Source: a virus
Lineage: Duplodnaviria; Caudoviricetes
IMG/VR virus record: IMGVR_UViG_3300044535_000237
Coordinates: 1-59,396 of that record
Reading direction: 5' to 3' (one strand)
DNA: 59,396 nt
This document shows positions 9,919-19,945 of the stretch, in pieces. Made by a program: the position numbers and the translations under genes. The notes under the pieces were generated by a model, which saw nothing but the letters and a program-made list of their open reading frames with translations, had not been told where the DNA came from and searched no databases. Within the stretch, counting starts at the first letter, position 1, and each line of letters starts with the position of its first letter.

Positions 9919-10170
9919 ATGCCACGTGACTACAAGAAAGAGTACGCGAACTACCAAGGCAAACCGGATCAGATCGCTAATCGGGCTGACCGCAATTCAG
10001 CGCGTCGACAAATGGAAAAGAAAGGCGTCGTCAGCAAAGGCGACGGCCTTGACGTCGATCACAAGAAACCCATTGCAAAGGGCGGCGGAAATGGCGGAGG
10101 TAATCTCCGCGCAGTCCCTAAGTCTGCAAACCGTTCGTTTGCACGAACCCGTTCAGCAGGGATGAAGTAA
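9919..10170 (+). CDS. HNH endonuclease
   Basis: GDG.DVDHKKP..KGG.N...NLR.....NR; AAGGA RBS. Confidence 0.85.
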   Translation: MPRDYKKEYANYQGKPDQIANRADRNSARRQMEKKGVVSKGDGLDVDHKKPIAKGGGNGGGNLRAVPKSANRSFARTRSAGMK

Positions 10171-10305
10171 TTACTTCTTAGCCTTCATGCATTTGCCCAT
10201 GGCGCTGCATTTAGCTTTGTTAGGACAGCCAGCACATGGTTTAAAAGGTGCAGCTTTTTTACCAGCAGTTTTTTTGGCAGGGGCCATCATCATTTTTCCG
10301 TACAT
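10171..10305 (-). CDS. Small Lys/Cys-rich protein, 44 aa
   Basis: Translated by hand: MYGKMMMAPAKKTAGKKAAPFKPCAGCPNKAKCSAMGKCMKAKK; GGAGA RBS; not in the ORF track. Confidence 0.7.
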   Translation of the reverse strand: MYGKMMMAPAKKTAGKKAAPFKPCAGCPNKAKCSAMGKCMKAKK

Positions 10306-10323
10306 AGTAATCTCCAATTAAAG

Positions 10324-10557
10324 TTAACGAAATTTTGCAGTTTTAGCCGCAATCTTTTTGGGTTGCGCTACGAATTGTTTTCCGGCTTCTTTTCCGGCTC
10401 GCTTGGCTTTGGTTGTCGCAGCGTACTCACTAGGGCTGAGACTTTTAATCGCAGCGCTTGGAAGGTATCTTTCACCTGTGTCAGAAGATTTTTTACCACT
10501 TTTGGTTCTCCATTTTTGGTCGCCCCAGTCTTTTAGGGATTGTTGTGGGGCTTTCAA
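10324..10557 (-). CDS. Small basic protein (DUF5872-like)
   Basis: Q.SLK.W..QKWRTKSGK.S..TGERYLP motif; TTG start overlapping the upstream stop. Confidence 0.75.
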   Translation of the reverse strand: MKAPQQSLKDWGDQKWRTKSGKKSSDTGERYLPSAAIKSLSPSEYAATTKAKRAGKEAGKQFVAQPKKIAAKTAKFR

Positions 10558-10736
10558 TCTCGATACCCCCCGCCTGCTGCCTTATACTTCTTAGCAACAA
10601 GCTGTGCCTTACGAGCAGACCATTGGCCTGCACCAGTGCCTTGCGTTGCCGCGGACTTTACCTGAGCCACAATCTTCTTGCGAAGTGTAGGCTTTGTGTA
10701 ATTGCCAGCGGCATTAACAGTTGATTTGGTAGCCAT
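10554..10736 (-). CDS. Small basic protein (DUF5872-like)
   Basis: NYTKP.LRK.I...K....G..AGQWSARKAQL.AK.YK.AGGGY; probable start MATKS at 10736. Confidence 0.75.
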   Translation of the reverse strand: MATKSTVNAAGNYTKPTLRKKIVAQVKSAATQGTGAGQWSARKAQLVAKKYKAAGGGYRD

Positions 10737-10737
10737 A

Positions 10738-10992
10738 TTAGCACTTCCAAGCACGTAGTGATTTGTTGATACGACTGTTAGGGTCGTTTGCAGTCTTCGC
10801 ACTGGTCAGCTTCTCTTTCATGCCTTCCATGCGGGCACAGAATGAGTCACGTCGTGGGCCACCCTCGGGTTGGGGAGCCTTGAGTCCCGGCTTTCCGGGA
10901 TTGGCTTTATTATAAGAAGCTCGCCCCTTGGCGTTCAAGCCCCCCTTTTCCGATTTACCTTCTTTGCGTGTCCAAGCTGGTGTTTTAGCCAT
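10738..10992 (-). CDS. Small basic protein (DUF6321-like)
   Basis: W.RKEGK...GGLN.KGR.SY...LKAP...RR.SFCARM.G...SRINKSLR.W.C. Confidence 0.75.
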   Translation of the reverse strand: MAKTPAWTRKEGKSEKGGLNAKGRASYNKANPGKPGLKAPQPEGGPRRDSFCARMEGMKEKLTSAKTANDPNSRINKSLRAWKC

Positions 10993-13900
10993 TAGTCAAT
11001 CTCCCCTGTGCCACCACGGGCTTTGTCGAGTTCTTTTTCCATGCGTATTTGCAAGTCTTCAAGTTGCTTGTCCAGTGCTTCGTAATCGGGATAGCCTTTA
11101 CGCTCCTCTTCACGTTTTGCTTTGCGCATTGCGTCTTTAAATTCGCGTTCAACACGCTTTGAAATAACATCTTGAACAGCTTCAGATTCAATAACGTCGT
11201 AGTCATACATTTTTAATCCAAATGTTCTGGCTATAGCAAGATTGCTAACAGGTGCACCTGTGATGCCTGTTTTCTCATCTAGTATATCGTTTACTGCTTT
11301 GAGTTGGGTAGAACTAATTGCTGGTGGAGTCACAATATCATATGCAAACTTAGCAGCATTTTTAAATTTCTGCCATTCGGTATCCGTTGGTTGGTTCAGA
11401 GATTTACCTGTGTAGGGGTTTACACCTATGACTAGTCCTGCAATAGCCGAGACTATTGGGCCGCTTGGCGTGATTGCTCCGGGAATCCAAGACTGTCCCA
11501 TGAAGCCATTCGGCAAACCCTTAGCGGCAGAAGCCATCGGTACGTAGTCACCGAGACGGTAGTACACAGGGTTGTTTTCGTCGCCCATGAACGGGATGCG
11601 AATGTGCATGTAAGGGCCAATGCCAAACATGCGTTCGCGTATTTCTTTCGGGCCACGCTTGCGAGTTTCTTCGTCATCGTCACCTGCCGCAGAAGCCATG
11701 GCTACGTCAATGAGGTAATAAGCCGCCAAGACGTTAGCAATCTTCCAAGGTTGGTGCAACGCGATGCGTCCCATAACAGGAGCAATAGCATACGTCCATG
11801 ACACAAACGGCAAGAATGACTGGCGTGCAATACGGACTGCTTTAGAGTCGATGTCGTAGTCAAGGAATGCCTTGCGTGCAAAGGTACCCGCGTCGCTGAA
11901 GTTCTCTGCAGTGGGAGTTTTCTCACCACTACGCTCCTGCAATTCGCCGACCTTCTTCATGAACGCGGCTAAACGGAATACGTTATCCTCGGCGGCGTAC
12001 AGTTCGGACGCAATATTGTCTAACTTGTTTCCTGCCTTGGCTGCAAGTGCAACGCCCATCTGCGCTTTAGATTTCTCGTACCCAGTAAACATCTTCAGAC
12101 GTTGCATTAGCGACGTATCTGTTGGCTGTGCAAGATTTTCGTTCCATGCCTTATAGATGGCTTCCTTAACCTCAGCACTTGAGTAGTCGCCAAGCATCGC
12201 ACCAGAGTTCATGAACTGCGACATGATCGCAAGTTCACTTGGTGTCAAAGACTTAGCGTTTAGCTCGTATTTGGTAAACAACTTAGCCGCAGAAGCAATC
12301 GTGCTAACAGGAATGTCATGCATCATCGCCAAAGTAACGTTAGAGGCAATGTTAGTAATGTGCGTGCCGGGGTTGTAAACGGTCTTGGCTTTCTTAAACC
12401 AACGCATAGAAGCGTTGTACGCACGGAACGAAACCAATGGCTTGCGGTCAGCCATGTCAGTCATCGCACTCCACACAGGGCCGGGCATGTATTTGCCAGC
12501 TAACGCGCCGTAAGCTTCTACGTCAGGTATTTTTACCCATGTATTTGTATTGCGATATAAGTCGGCAATCTGTGGCGTCTTGGCTTCATCCTTGGAAACG
12601 CTTAACACTTGGTTAGGGTTGGGTGCCCGACCAAATATTTTCTTAACGGCCTCTAGTGAATCAAACGAAACACTTAGCTCTGTTGGCTTGCCGTCTTCAT
12701 AACCCAGCGTAGACGCGGCTTTAGAGAAGTTGCGTGACGCGTAGTTGTTAGCCAGTGCAGCCATGGTGTTACGCATAGCGTTAGCAAGCTCAGTGACTTT
12801 CTTTTCAAGGATTGCTTGTTGGGCCGTCATGTTAGATGTGAACTTATAGCCCTCACCTTTCTTGCCGGAGATACGCCATTGACGTGAGGGATCAACTGTA
12901 AAGCCTACGGGATTACCCGTAGTTTCGTAGCCCTTGATAGACATGTACCCTTGCGGGACTTGGGGGCCAGCAGGGTCTTTAATGTTGGGGCCAAACACTT
13001 GGTAGAAGGGGCCTGTGATGTCAACGTCACCGTTTTTATCTACGCCCATCCAGTGCTGAAAACCTTCGATGGTTTCTTCAAATCGATGCTGCAGACCAAT
13101 GATTTCACTTAGCTTACGCGCACCGAATGTGTGACTTGCAACTTGGTTTGTGTTACCCGCAAACAGCAAGGACTCAGAGAATTTAGTGTTCTCAAAGTAT
13201 GCACGGTCTTTAGCTGGAAGCTCAGAAATGTACATCGCCATGCTCTTCTCAATGGAGTCGGCAATTTCTTTGACCTTTGCAACATCTGGAAATTTATCCA
13301 GTGCTTTTTTATCGCCGTCAAGATAATCAAAGATTGCCTTTGCCTCGTCAGCACTACGTGACTCAACGAAGTTGGCCAACTGCTCCATACGTTGGTAGCC
13401 AGTGTTCTTGTCAACCTTGTACTTCTCCATGAGCTTGCTAGTGAAATCATTCACACCGAAGCGGGAGTTGATATAGGTGATGTAACGCTCTGCAGTTGGA
13501 AAGTCTTTGCGGATTTTGTCTGCTAATTTGCTAGATAGGTCGCCTACTTTTTGAGCACCACGTTGCCAGCCAACTAGGTCAAAAAACAACTTTGTGCTTA
13601 AGGCCGCGGGGGCAACCTTTTTGTTGTAGACAATATAGTCTTGGGCATTAACTTTCCCTTGCGGCGTGCCAGTGCTCTCTACAGCAGCTTCTAGAATGTT
13701 GCCTACAGCTTCACCTTTCTTGGCAGCGCCAGCCGCTTCGAGGAGCTTAAACGTGTTACCAATTACATCTGCAGCAACAGATGGGCGAACACCAACAAGT
13801 TTCTGCACTGTTGTAAGAATGGTTTGCCAGACGTTCTTAGCCGCATCATAGAAAGACTTGGGAGCCTCGGTGCTATCCATAGCTTCCAGTGCGCGACGGA

Positions 13901-16900
13901 AGTCGTTGAGCGTGTTGCCGTAAGAAACCAATTCCAAAACAGCGTCGAGTTCTTTCTTGTCCGTCATCAGTGCTTTGAGCACATCTTGAACACGTTTAGC
14001 GTCAGGGCTTAATTCACCTTTGTAATTTACAACGCGTTTAAGCGCCGCCTTCAATGCACGGACTTCCGGTGCATTAGGATTCTGATAAATATACCACTGC
14101 AATGCACCATGCAACGACTCGTGCAATGTGACTGCCGCAGACGCGTCTCGTTGGATATAGACTGTATTGGTTTTTGGATCATAGTAAGGTTTACCCTTAG
14201 ATATGAACTCAAGATTTGGTGCGGTATCGCTGTCGTACAAAGACTGAAATACACCCTTGGCAATTGTGCGTTCAAACGGCGTGCCGTGAGTCTGAATGTA
14301 ATTCAGCAAACCAAGAATGCCAGTAGAAGATTCACCTTTGCCAAACTTAGCGTAACCTAAAGCGGCTTTTTCTAGCGGAGTTTGCGTCTCACCGGCGGCA
14401 GTCGATTCTTTAGAACCACGAATTGGTGTTTGGCGAACAAAAGTTGCGTCAGATTCGCCTTGGAACATATTGTCCTTGGCTGCTCTCCAACCTTGCGACA
14501 GCATGGTGTCCATTTTTAAGAACGCCTGTGCAATACCATCTGCGCCTTCTTGGCCGAAGTCTTCGTTCATACCTTCATCAGTTGTCTGGGTATGCAACTT
14601 CTGTTGCACCATATCTTTGACAAGCTTGACAATAGCTTCAACATCTTTTGCATTGCCGTTAACTGCTTTACCCAAACCAGCAAGGGCGTCACGAGTCTCT
14701 CTTAGTTGATCTAGTGTTGTTCCAACGCGTTGGCTGGTCTTAGCCTTTATTTGCCCACGTTGTTGTGCAGGAGTTTGGCCAGCCAGTTTGGTAGGCTTGT
14801 AAATTGTTTCCCCATTCTCGCCTTTGATTGCACGTTCTGTAGGAATGCCGCGGAGCATGTTGCCACCCGCGTTGCTAAACTTGTAATACGCTTTTGCAAA
14901 CGCACGCACAGCGTCAGCAATTTGTTGCTCTCTGTCACTAATACCATCGACAGTTGCAGAAGGATTTAGCAATGCATCACGGATGTTTCGTAGGGCACTA
15001 ACAGTCAGAGATGTTTTGCCCGGTACAGCTTTTTTGTCAGCGCCTTCTACTCCAGCTTGCAATGGATTGTTCGTAACATTAGTCCGATTCGCAGTTTGAA
15101 GTGCCGCGGTCAAGCCCATTTCGTCTTGCTTTTTTTGTTCCGCGGTTTGTCGGTCAGCAACGCGATTAGCGGCTTGCTGCTCTTTGGCAGTCAAAGCCCC
15201 AGTAATTTTTCTACGTTCCGCAGACAACTGCATACCGGCACTACGTAGAGCGCTTTCGCGGTCTTGGTAATTAGCTATCTCTCGTGCACGACGGGTTCTG
15301 CCATCGTAGGTTTCCTGTGCCTTATTCCAAGCATCAGCTTGTTCTTGGCTAAGCGTTACCTCGGTATCGTTAATCTTTACGACTGATCCAACGGTGATGG
15401 GTGCTTTTTGTTTTTTCGTTTTTGTTTGCTGGGCTTGAGTGGTTTTAGTGCCATCTTGAATTGCAGGTGTAGTTACAGGAGTTGTTACGGGCGTAGAAGA
15501 AACGCCCCCCGCGACTGGCGCGGAGGGCAAAGGGGTGGCTTTAGCATCACCACCCAAAGGAGCAACGGCAACAGGACGCTCTGAAAGTTGGCTTGTAGGC
15601 CCAGTGAGTGACTCTTGGGGGCCCGGTCTGTCCAAACGCATGTTGCTGAACGGAGCGGAACGTGGTGGCACAAGGGATGTGCGAGCAATGGGTTGAATTT
15701 CTGCAGGTGTGATGGGTTGCATCACATCTGGGTTCATGATTCGGTCAAAGTCTGCTTTTGTTCCAACACCTTGTTGGGCATCAAACATGGCTTGTACTGC
15801 GGTACCAAGTTGCATTGCTTGAGCAAGCGGAGCCTCTTGTTGGTTGGCTTCTGCCTCTAGATTGCTGACAAGGCCACGGGCTTGGTCGCCTACATCTTGA
15901 ATGTTCAGCAACTGATCGCCGCGCTTACCAACAAAGTTTTGCCAACTCTTACCAACTTCTTTAACGGCTTCTAGACCTTGCTCTTTGCGTGTTAGCAAAT
16001 CTTGGTATTGCCCGCCAACGTCTTGCGCGGCCATGAACGAAGACAAACTTTTAGAAGCGTCAGCCTCAGACATTGGGCGCTCAGTAGCCATCCGCTTGTC
16101 AAACTCAGCTTGTGGGTCAACTTCAGAAAGTTTACGTCCATCGACATCTGCCTGTGTTTGTGTCAGGTCTTTGGGTGCTTCTTCAAGCGCCCTTAACGCA
16201 GAGTTGCGTTGATCTTCGAGAGCCAACTGCTCTGTAAACCATGCACCAACGTTCGTCTCAGGAACATTCTGTCTGCGGGCTTCCTTCATCACGGCTTCAA
16301 ATGCCTGTGCGCGGATTTCAGGAGGAGCATCTTCGCCCAACGCGGCCTTTAAAGATTCTGCTCGGCGAGCACGCGATGCATGACCACCCAGTGCAAATGG
16401 GCCAAGCAACATTGTCAGACCTGCACCGCCTAACGCTGACTGCCGTGCAATCTCATAGGGGTTTTCGTCTCCTGCCGCGCCGTAAGCGCGTTCAACCGCG
16501 TATGTGCCTAAATCTTGAGCAACCTCTGTACTGGGCTGCACTAGCATGTTGATACCCATGCTTTTTGCAAAAGGCTTCAGAACACTGGTATCAGTCATCC
16601 TTGCCGCAACACCAGCCGTAGTGCGTTCACCCATGCCCAACAATGGGGACAATCCTTTAATAGCGCGACCGCCAACGAATGTAGCGGCACCTTCACCAAC
16701 ACCTTGGATTAGACCAACACGGCGAGCAGCCTCTGTTGCTGCTTGTGGGTCACCAGTTTGCTCTAATACTTTGTCATAAGTTCCTTGCGCAGACGATGTG
16801 CCGAACAATAACGCCGCCGCCGCGGGAGCGATGACTTGCCCACCGGGAACAAAAGCTAAAGGTAAGGTAGCCGCAACAGGAGCCAACCCACGAGCACCAG

Positions 16901-17243
16901 TAGTAAGTGCCTCGCTGACAAGCCCCCGATTACGGTTATCGGGAATATATGCAGGAGCGCGGGCTTCTGCCGCTTGTGACATTTCACGGCCATACTCAGG
17001 TGCAACACCGGTGTACTGAAGGCCCTGTCCAACCATCTTGGGTAGGTCAACTACTGCACCGCCCACAGCCTGCCGACCCATCTCTGCTAGCGTGCCACGA
17101 GGTTTAAAACCTAGATAGCTTGCCGTAGATTCAAAACTCTTGCCAACGCGCCCTGCGTAGTCCCGGATTAACTCGTCGTCAGACAGGTCACGCATGGAGG
17201 ACGGCACCGCCGCCCGCAAGTCTTCAAGGTTATAAATCGGCAT
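10992..17243 (-). CDS. Large internal virion / DNA ejection protein (2083 aa) with zincin-like HExxH domain
   Basis: Size and position at the end of the tail module; Ala/Gly-rich hydrophobic N-terminal region; YYDP..NTVYI...HESLH motif; polyvalent-protein-like C-terminus. Confidence 0.75.
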   Translation of the reverse strand: MPIYNLEDLRAAVPSSMRDLSDDELIRDYAGRVGKSFESTASYLGFKPRGTLAEMGRQAVGGAVVDLPKMVGQGLQYTGVAPEYGREMSQAAEARAPAYIPDNRNRGLVSEALTTGARGLAPVAATLPLAFVPGGQVIAPAAAALLFGTSSAQGTYDKVLEQTGDPQAATEAARRVGLIQGVGEGAATFVGGRAIKGLSPLLGMGERTTAGVAARMTDTSVLKPFAKSMGINMLVQPSTEVAQDLGTYAVERAYGAAGDENPYEIARQSALGGAGLTMLLGPFALGGHASRARRAESLKAALGEDAPPEIRAQAFEAVMKEARRQNVPETNVGAWFTEQLALEDQRNSALRALEEAPKDLTQTQADVDGRKLSEVDPQAEFDKRMATERPMSEADASKSLSSFMAAQDVGGQYQDLLTRKEQGLEAVKEVGKSWQNFVGKRGDQLLNIQDVGDQARGLVSNLEAEANQQEAPLAQAMQLGTAVQAMFDAQQGVGTKADFDRIMNPDVMQPITPAEIQPIARTSLVPPRSAPFSNMRLDRPGPQESLTGPTSQLSERPVAVAPLGGDAKATPLPSAPVAGGVSSTPVTTPVTTPAIQDGTKTTQAQQTKTKKQKAPITVGSVVKINDTEVTLSQEQADAWNKAQETYDGRTRRAREIANYQDRESALRSAGMQLSAERRKITGALTAKEQQAANRVADRQTAEQKKQDEMGLTAALQTANRTNVTNNPLQAGVEGADKKAVPGKTSLTVSALRNIRDALLNPSATVDGISDREQQIADAVRAFAKAYYKFSNAGGNMLRGIPTERAIKGENGETIYKPTKLAGQTPAQQRGQIKAKTSQRVGTTLDQLRETRDALAGLGKAVNGNAKDVEAIVKLVKDMVQQKLHTQTTDEGMNEDFGQEGADGIAQAFLKMDTMLSQGWRAAKDNMFQGESDATFVRQTPIRGSKESTAAGETQTPLEKAALGYAKFGKGESSTGILGLLNYIQTHGTPFERTIAKGVFQSLYDSDTAPNLEFISKGKPYYDPKTNTVYIQRDASAAVTLHESLHGALQWYIYQNPNAPEVRALKAALKRVVNYKGELSPDAKRVQDVLKALMTDKKELDAVLELVSYGNTLNDFRRALEAMDSTEAPKSFYDAAKNVWQTILTTVQKLVGVRPSVAADVIGNTFKLLEAAGAAKKGEAVGNILEAAVESTGTPQGKVNAQDYIVYNKKVAPAALSTKLFFDLVGWQRGAQKVGDLSSKLADKIRKDFPTAERYITYINSRFGVNDFTSKLMEKYKVDKNTGYQRMEQLANFVESRSADEAKAIFDYLDGDKKALDKFPDVAKVKEIADSIEKSMAMYISELPAKDRAYFENTKFSESLLFAGNTNQVASHTFGARKLSEIIGLQHRFEETIEGFQHWMGVDKNGDVDITGPFYQVFGPNIKDPAGPQVPQGYMSIKGYETTGNPVGFTVDPSRQWRISGKKGEGYKFTSNMTAQQAILEKKVTELANAMRNTMAALANNYASRNFSKAASTLGYEDGKPTELSVSFDSLEAVKKIFGRAPNPNQVLSVSKDEAKTPQIADLYRNTNTWVKIPDVEAYGALAGKYMPGPVWSAMTDMADRKPLVSFRAYNASMRWFKKAKTVYNPGTHITNIASNVTLAMMHDIPVSTIASAAKLFTKYELNAKSLTPSELAIMSQFMNSGAMLGDYSSAEVKEAIYKAWNENLAQPTDTSLMQRLKMFTGYEKSKAQMGVALAAKAGNKLDNIASELYAAEDNVFRLAAFMKKVGELQERSGEKTPTAENFSDAGTFARKAFLDYDIDSKAVRIARQSFLPFVSWTYAIAPVMGRIALHQPWKIANVLAAYYLIDVAMASAAGDDDEETRKRGPKEIRERMFGIGPYMHIRIPFMGDENNPVYYRLGDYVPMASAAKGLPNGFMGQSWIPGAITPSGPIVSAIAGLVIGVNPYTGKSLNQPTDTEWQKFKNAAKFAYDIVTPPAISSTQLKAVNDILDEKTGITGAPVSNLAIARTFGLKMYDYDVIESEAVQDVISKRVEREFKDAMRKAKREEERKGYPDYEALDKQLEDLQIRMEKELDKARGGTGEID

Positions 17244-17255
17244 TGTCGCTCCAGA

Positions 17256-19040
17256 TTATCGACGTGGCAGTAAGTCATCATACCAAGGTCTATCTAACCC
17301 TGTATTACCGCCTAAAAACTGATAGCCTAATTTATTCAATTCACTGATAGACATAACTCTTGTTGTGCCGTCTGGCATTTCAACGCTGTAGCCTGAGTTA
17401 CCAGCACGACCCAAAAGTTTCGTGTTGCCTGTGTTTAATGCAGGGGCGGAAGAAGTTTTAGTTAGCCCTTGCGCAGATGCAGGTGCGGCAGGAGCAGGGC
17501 TACCTTCATATGGATTAGCACCTAGGCTAACACCACCAGCCGACTGCGCCGCACGTTCCCGCACCATGCGAAGAAGGTGGCTAACGCCCATCTGTTCGGC
17601 CATAGCGTCTTTCTCACCACCAGACAAACGAGCGTTGCGTGGTTCTTTAATCCACTCGTTATAGGCTTTAAGTTGTTCTTTTTCTACTTCATCCATAGCT
17701 CTAGGAGCTTTGCCTTCTGGCGTTACACGAAGTTGAGCGCCGGGTTTTGCAACCAGCATGTTGTACTGTTTCTCAAGAGCTCTGCCTTTGGGGCCGTTCT
17801 GTTCAGCTTCTGTAAGCGCAGAAAAGTCTTCCATAAGCTTCTTAGCTTCTTTGGTGTTTGCCGCGGTATCGTCCAAGTCTTTTATTTGTCTGTTGACTAA
17901 ATTACCACGAATTGCATTAAGACCAGATGTAGACGCAGAAGCTGCAGACGAAGCCTTTGATGCTGCAATAGCAGCAGCTTCTTTTTCAATGGTTAACTTT
18001 TGAATTGTCCAGCCTAAAGGATTACCTTTGGCTTTTTCAATCATGTCTTGTGCCAGTGCCTGAAAGCCGGGAATCTCTTTTGTGTCAGCGTAAATCTGTG
18101 TGCCCTTAAGCAAATCTTTGCCATAGAAAATACCCCAACCGCCTTTTACTGGACGTAACTCGGGGACAATCTTGTCGTCGGGATCGGGGTCAGCAACATT
18201 TTTAGCAATGTACGCGTTTAACTTTTCGGGGGAACTAATTGCTTCACGGACTTCGCGTTCCATCTTTGCGACTCGTTCGTCGGCAATCTTTTTATTAATA
18301 CCGAGGCTATCGCCAACAAAGGCAGTAAGCACAGTAGGGTTAGCACCCATATCTGTTGCAGCTTGATAAATTGCAGGCAAGTCAATAGTTTCACCTGCTG
18401 CCAACTTAACTCCAAGCGCAGAAATAGCGTTACGATTTGCTTCGCCTTCTTTAAGTGTTCTCTTGGTTTCGCCTATGCGCAGACCGTATTCTTCTTCGGC
18501 GCGAGCATCTAAACGTTCAGCGCGAGCGTCAGATTTCTCTTGGCGGCCAAGGTCATACGCACGTTCACGCGAACGCACAGCATCTTTTGTAAGGCCATAC
18601 TTAGCATAAATATCAGCTTCTTGTTGAGTGCGCTGAGACACAGGCATAGTCATACCGGCCGAGCGAGCAGTATCTATCTGTTGAGGCGTAAAACCACGAG
18701 CAAAGCCCGCACCCGCCGGTGCCTGAGCAGGAGGAGCCATACTGGCTTGTAAACCGGTGCGCATACCGGGAACGCTTGTGTAGTCGCCATCAGCACCAGA
18801 CACTCCAGTACCCATCGGAACAGGCGCAGGTTGACGCATCATGGACGGCTGTGGAGCTAAACCCTCAGCGGGAAGAGCCGCGTAGTTAGGTGCCATCTCT
18901 GGCATGTTTTCAGTACGGCCAATCTTAGCGATTTCTTCCTGAGCAAGCTTTTCACGGCGTTTGGTATCTGAGCTTTCGTAAGCATCGAGCCAACCAGCCG
19001 CTATGCGATCGCCAGCGATAAGTCCTTGTGCAAATGACAT
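17256..19040 (-). CDS. Internal virion/ejection protein
   Basis: MSFAQGL..G N-terminus, helical and low complexity; lies between two other ejection-type genes. Confidence 0.6.
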   Translation of the reverse strand: MSFAQGLIAGDRIAAGWLDAYESSDTKRREKLAQEEIAKIGRTENMPEMAPNYAALPAEGLAPQPSMMRQPAPVPMGTGVSGADGDYTSVPGMRTGLQASMAPPAQAPAGAGFARGFTPQQIDTARSAGMTMPVSQRTQQEADIYAKYGLTKDAVRSRERAYDLGRQEKSDARAERLDARAEEEYGLRIGETKRTLKEGEANRNAISALGVKLAAGETIDLPAIYQAATDMGANPTVLTAFVGDSLGINKKIADERVAKMEREVREAISSPEKLNAYIAKNVADPDPDDKIVPELRPVKGGWGIFYGKDLLKGTQIYADTKEIPGFQALAQDMIEKAKGNPLGWTIQKLTIEKEAAAIAASKASSAASASTSGLNAIRGNLVNRQIKDLDDTAANTKEAKKLMEDFSALTEAEQNGPKGRALEKQYNMLVAKPGAQLRVTPEGKAPRAMDEVEKEQLKAYNEWIKEPRNARLSGGEKDAMAEQMGVSHLLRMVRERAAQSAGGVSLGANPYEGSPAPAAPASAQGLTKTSSAPALNTGNTKLLGRAGNSGYSVEMPDGTTRVMSISELNKLGYQFLGGNTGLDRPWYDDLLPRR

Positions 19041-19051
19041 GTCTGTTCCCC

Positions 19052-19945
19052 TTAACCAAATTTACCTTGACCCATGCCGTAGCCGACAAATCTGCCAGCA
19101 CCGCCTGCAATAGTTCCATACAGACCTTGCTCCGCTGCGTTGGCTGCATCCATGCTTCTAGAAGTACCAGCAAACATATTGCCGTAACCTTGGATGCGTT
19201 GGCCGGAGCCTGTCATCATGGTGTTAAATGCCGGAGTTACCGCGCTAGAGTATTGTGAGCCCGGAGCCATAGCAGTGTTAATACCGGCTGTGCCGGACGC
19301 ATTAGCTGCACCATAAGCTGCTGTAGAAGCCCCAGCCAAATTACGACCGAGACCAGTAACGTCCAGCTTGCGAGCATAGGCAGTGTTTTCCGCCTGCGTA
19401 CGAGCGTTGTTCATACCACCGGCACGCATTGCAGCTTGATTTAAAGTGCTTTGGTTTTGCAAACCAGCAGCAGCGCCAGAGTTAGGGTTAACCCCACGTC
19501 GCTCAGATTCACGAGCAACCATACCTTGCGTAAGACCAAATGCCTGTGCAGCGTCTTGGGATGCTTTAGCCGCCAGTTGGTTGCGGTAGGCTTCAGTGTC
19601 AAAGTTCTGCGCGTCGGCAACTAAGCCTTGTTCTAGAGGGCGGAATGTTTGTGTTTGGTAGTCGTAGTAATCGCGAGCTTGTCTCATCTGCTCTTCTTGA
19701 GCTTGCAACTGCTGATCGTACACGCGCTGAGCCAAAGGCTTCATTTCGTCGTACTGTTGACGTGCAAACCCAAGCTGTTCTTGACCTAATTTATAAGACA
19801 AATCAGCTGCGTAATCAGCGGATTGGGTTAGCCCTTGGGCTGCTCGTTCATTGGCGGCGGAGGCTGCTTTAGATGCGCTCGAGGCTTTGCTCGCTGCGTA
19901 AATTGTCGCTCCACCCATCACTACCGCTGCGGCTATTGCACTCAT
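19052..19945 (-). CDS. Internal virion/ejection (pilot-like) protein
   Basis: Hydrophobic Ala/Gly N-terminus, Gln/Ala coiled coil, R.GVNP.SG motif, Gly-rich C-terminus. Confidence 0.7.
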   Translation of the reverse strand: MSAIAAAVVMGGATIYAASKASSASKAASAANERAAQGLTQSADYAADLSYKLGQEQLGFARQQYDEMKPLAQRVYDQQLQAQEEQMRQARDYYDYQTQTFRPLEQGLVADAQNFDTEAYRNQLAAKASQDAAQAFGLTQGMVARESERRGVNPNSGAAAGLQNQSTLNQAAMRAGGMNNARTQAENTAYARKLDVTGLGRNLAGASTAAYGAANASGTAGINTAMAPGSQYSSAVTPAFNTMMTGSGQRIQGYGNMFAGTSRSMDAANAAEQGLYGTIAGGAGRFVGYGMGQGKFG

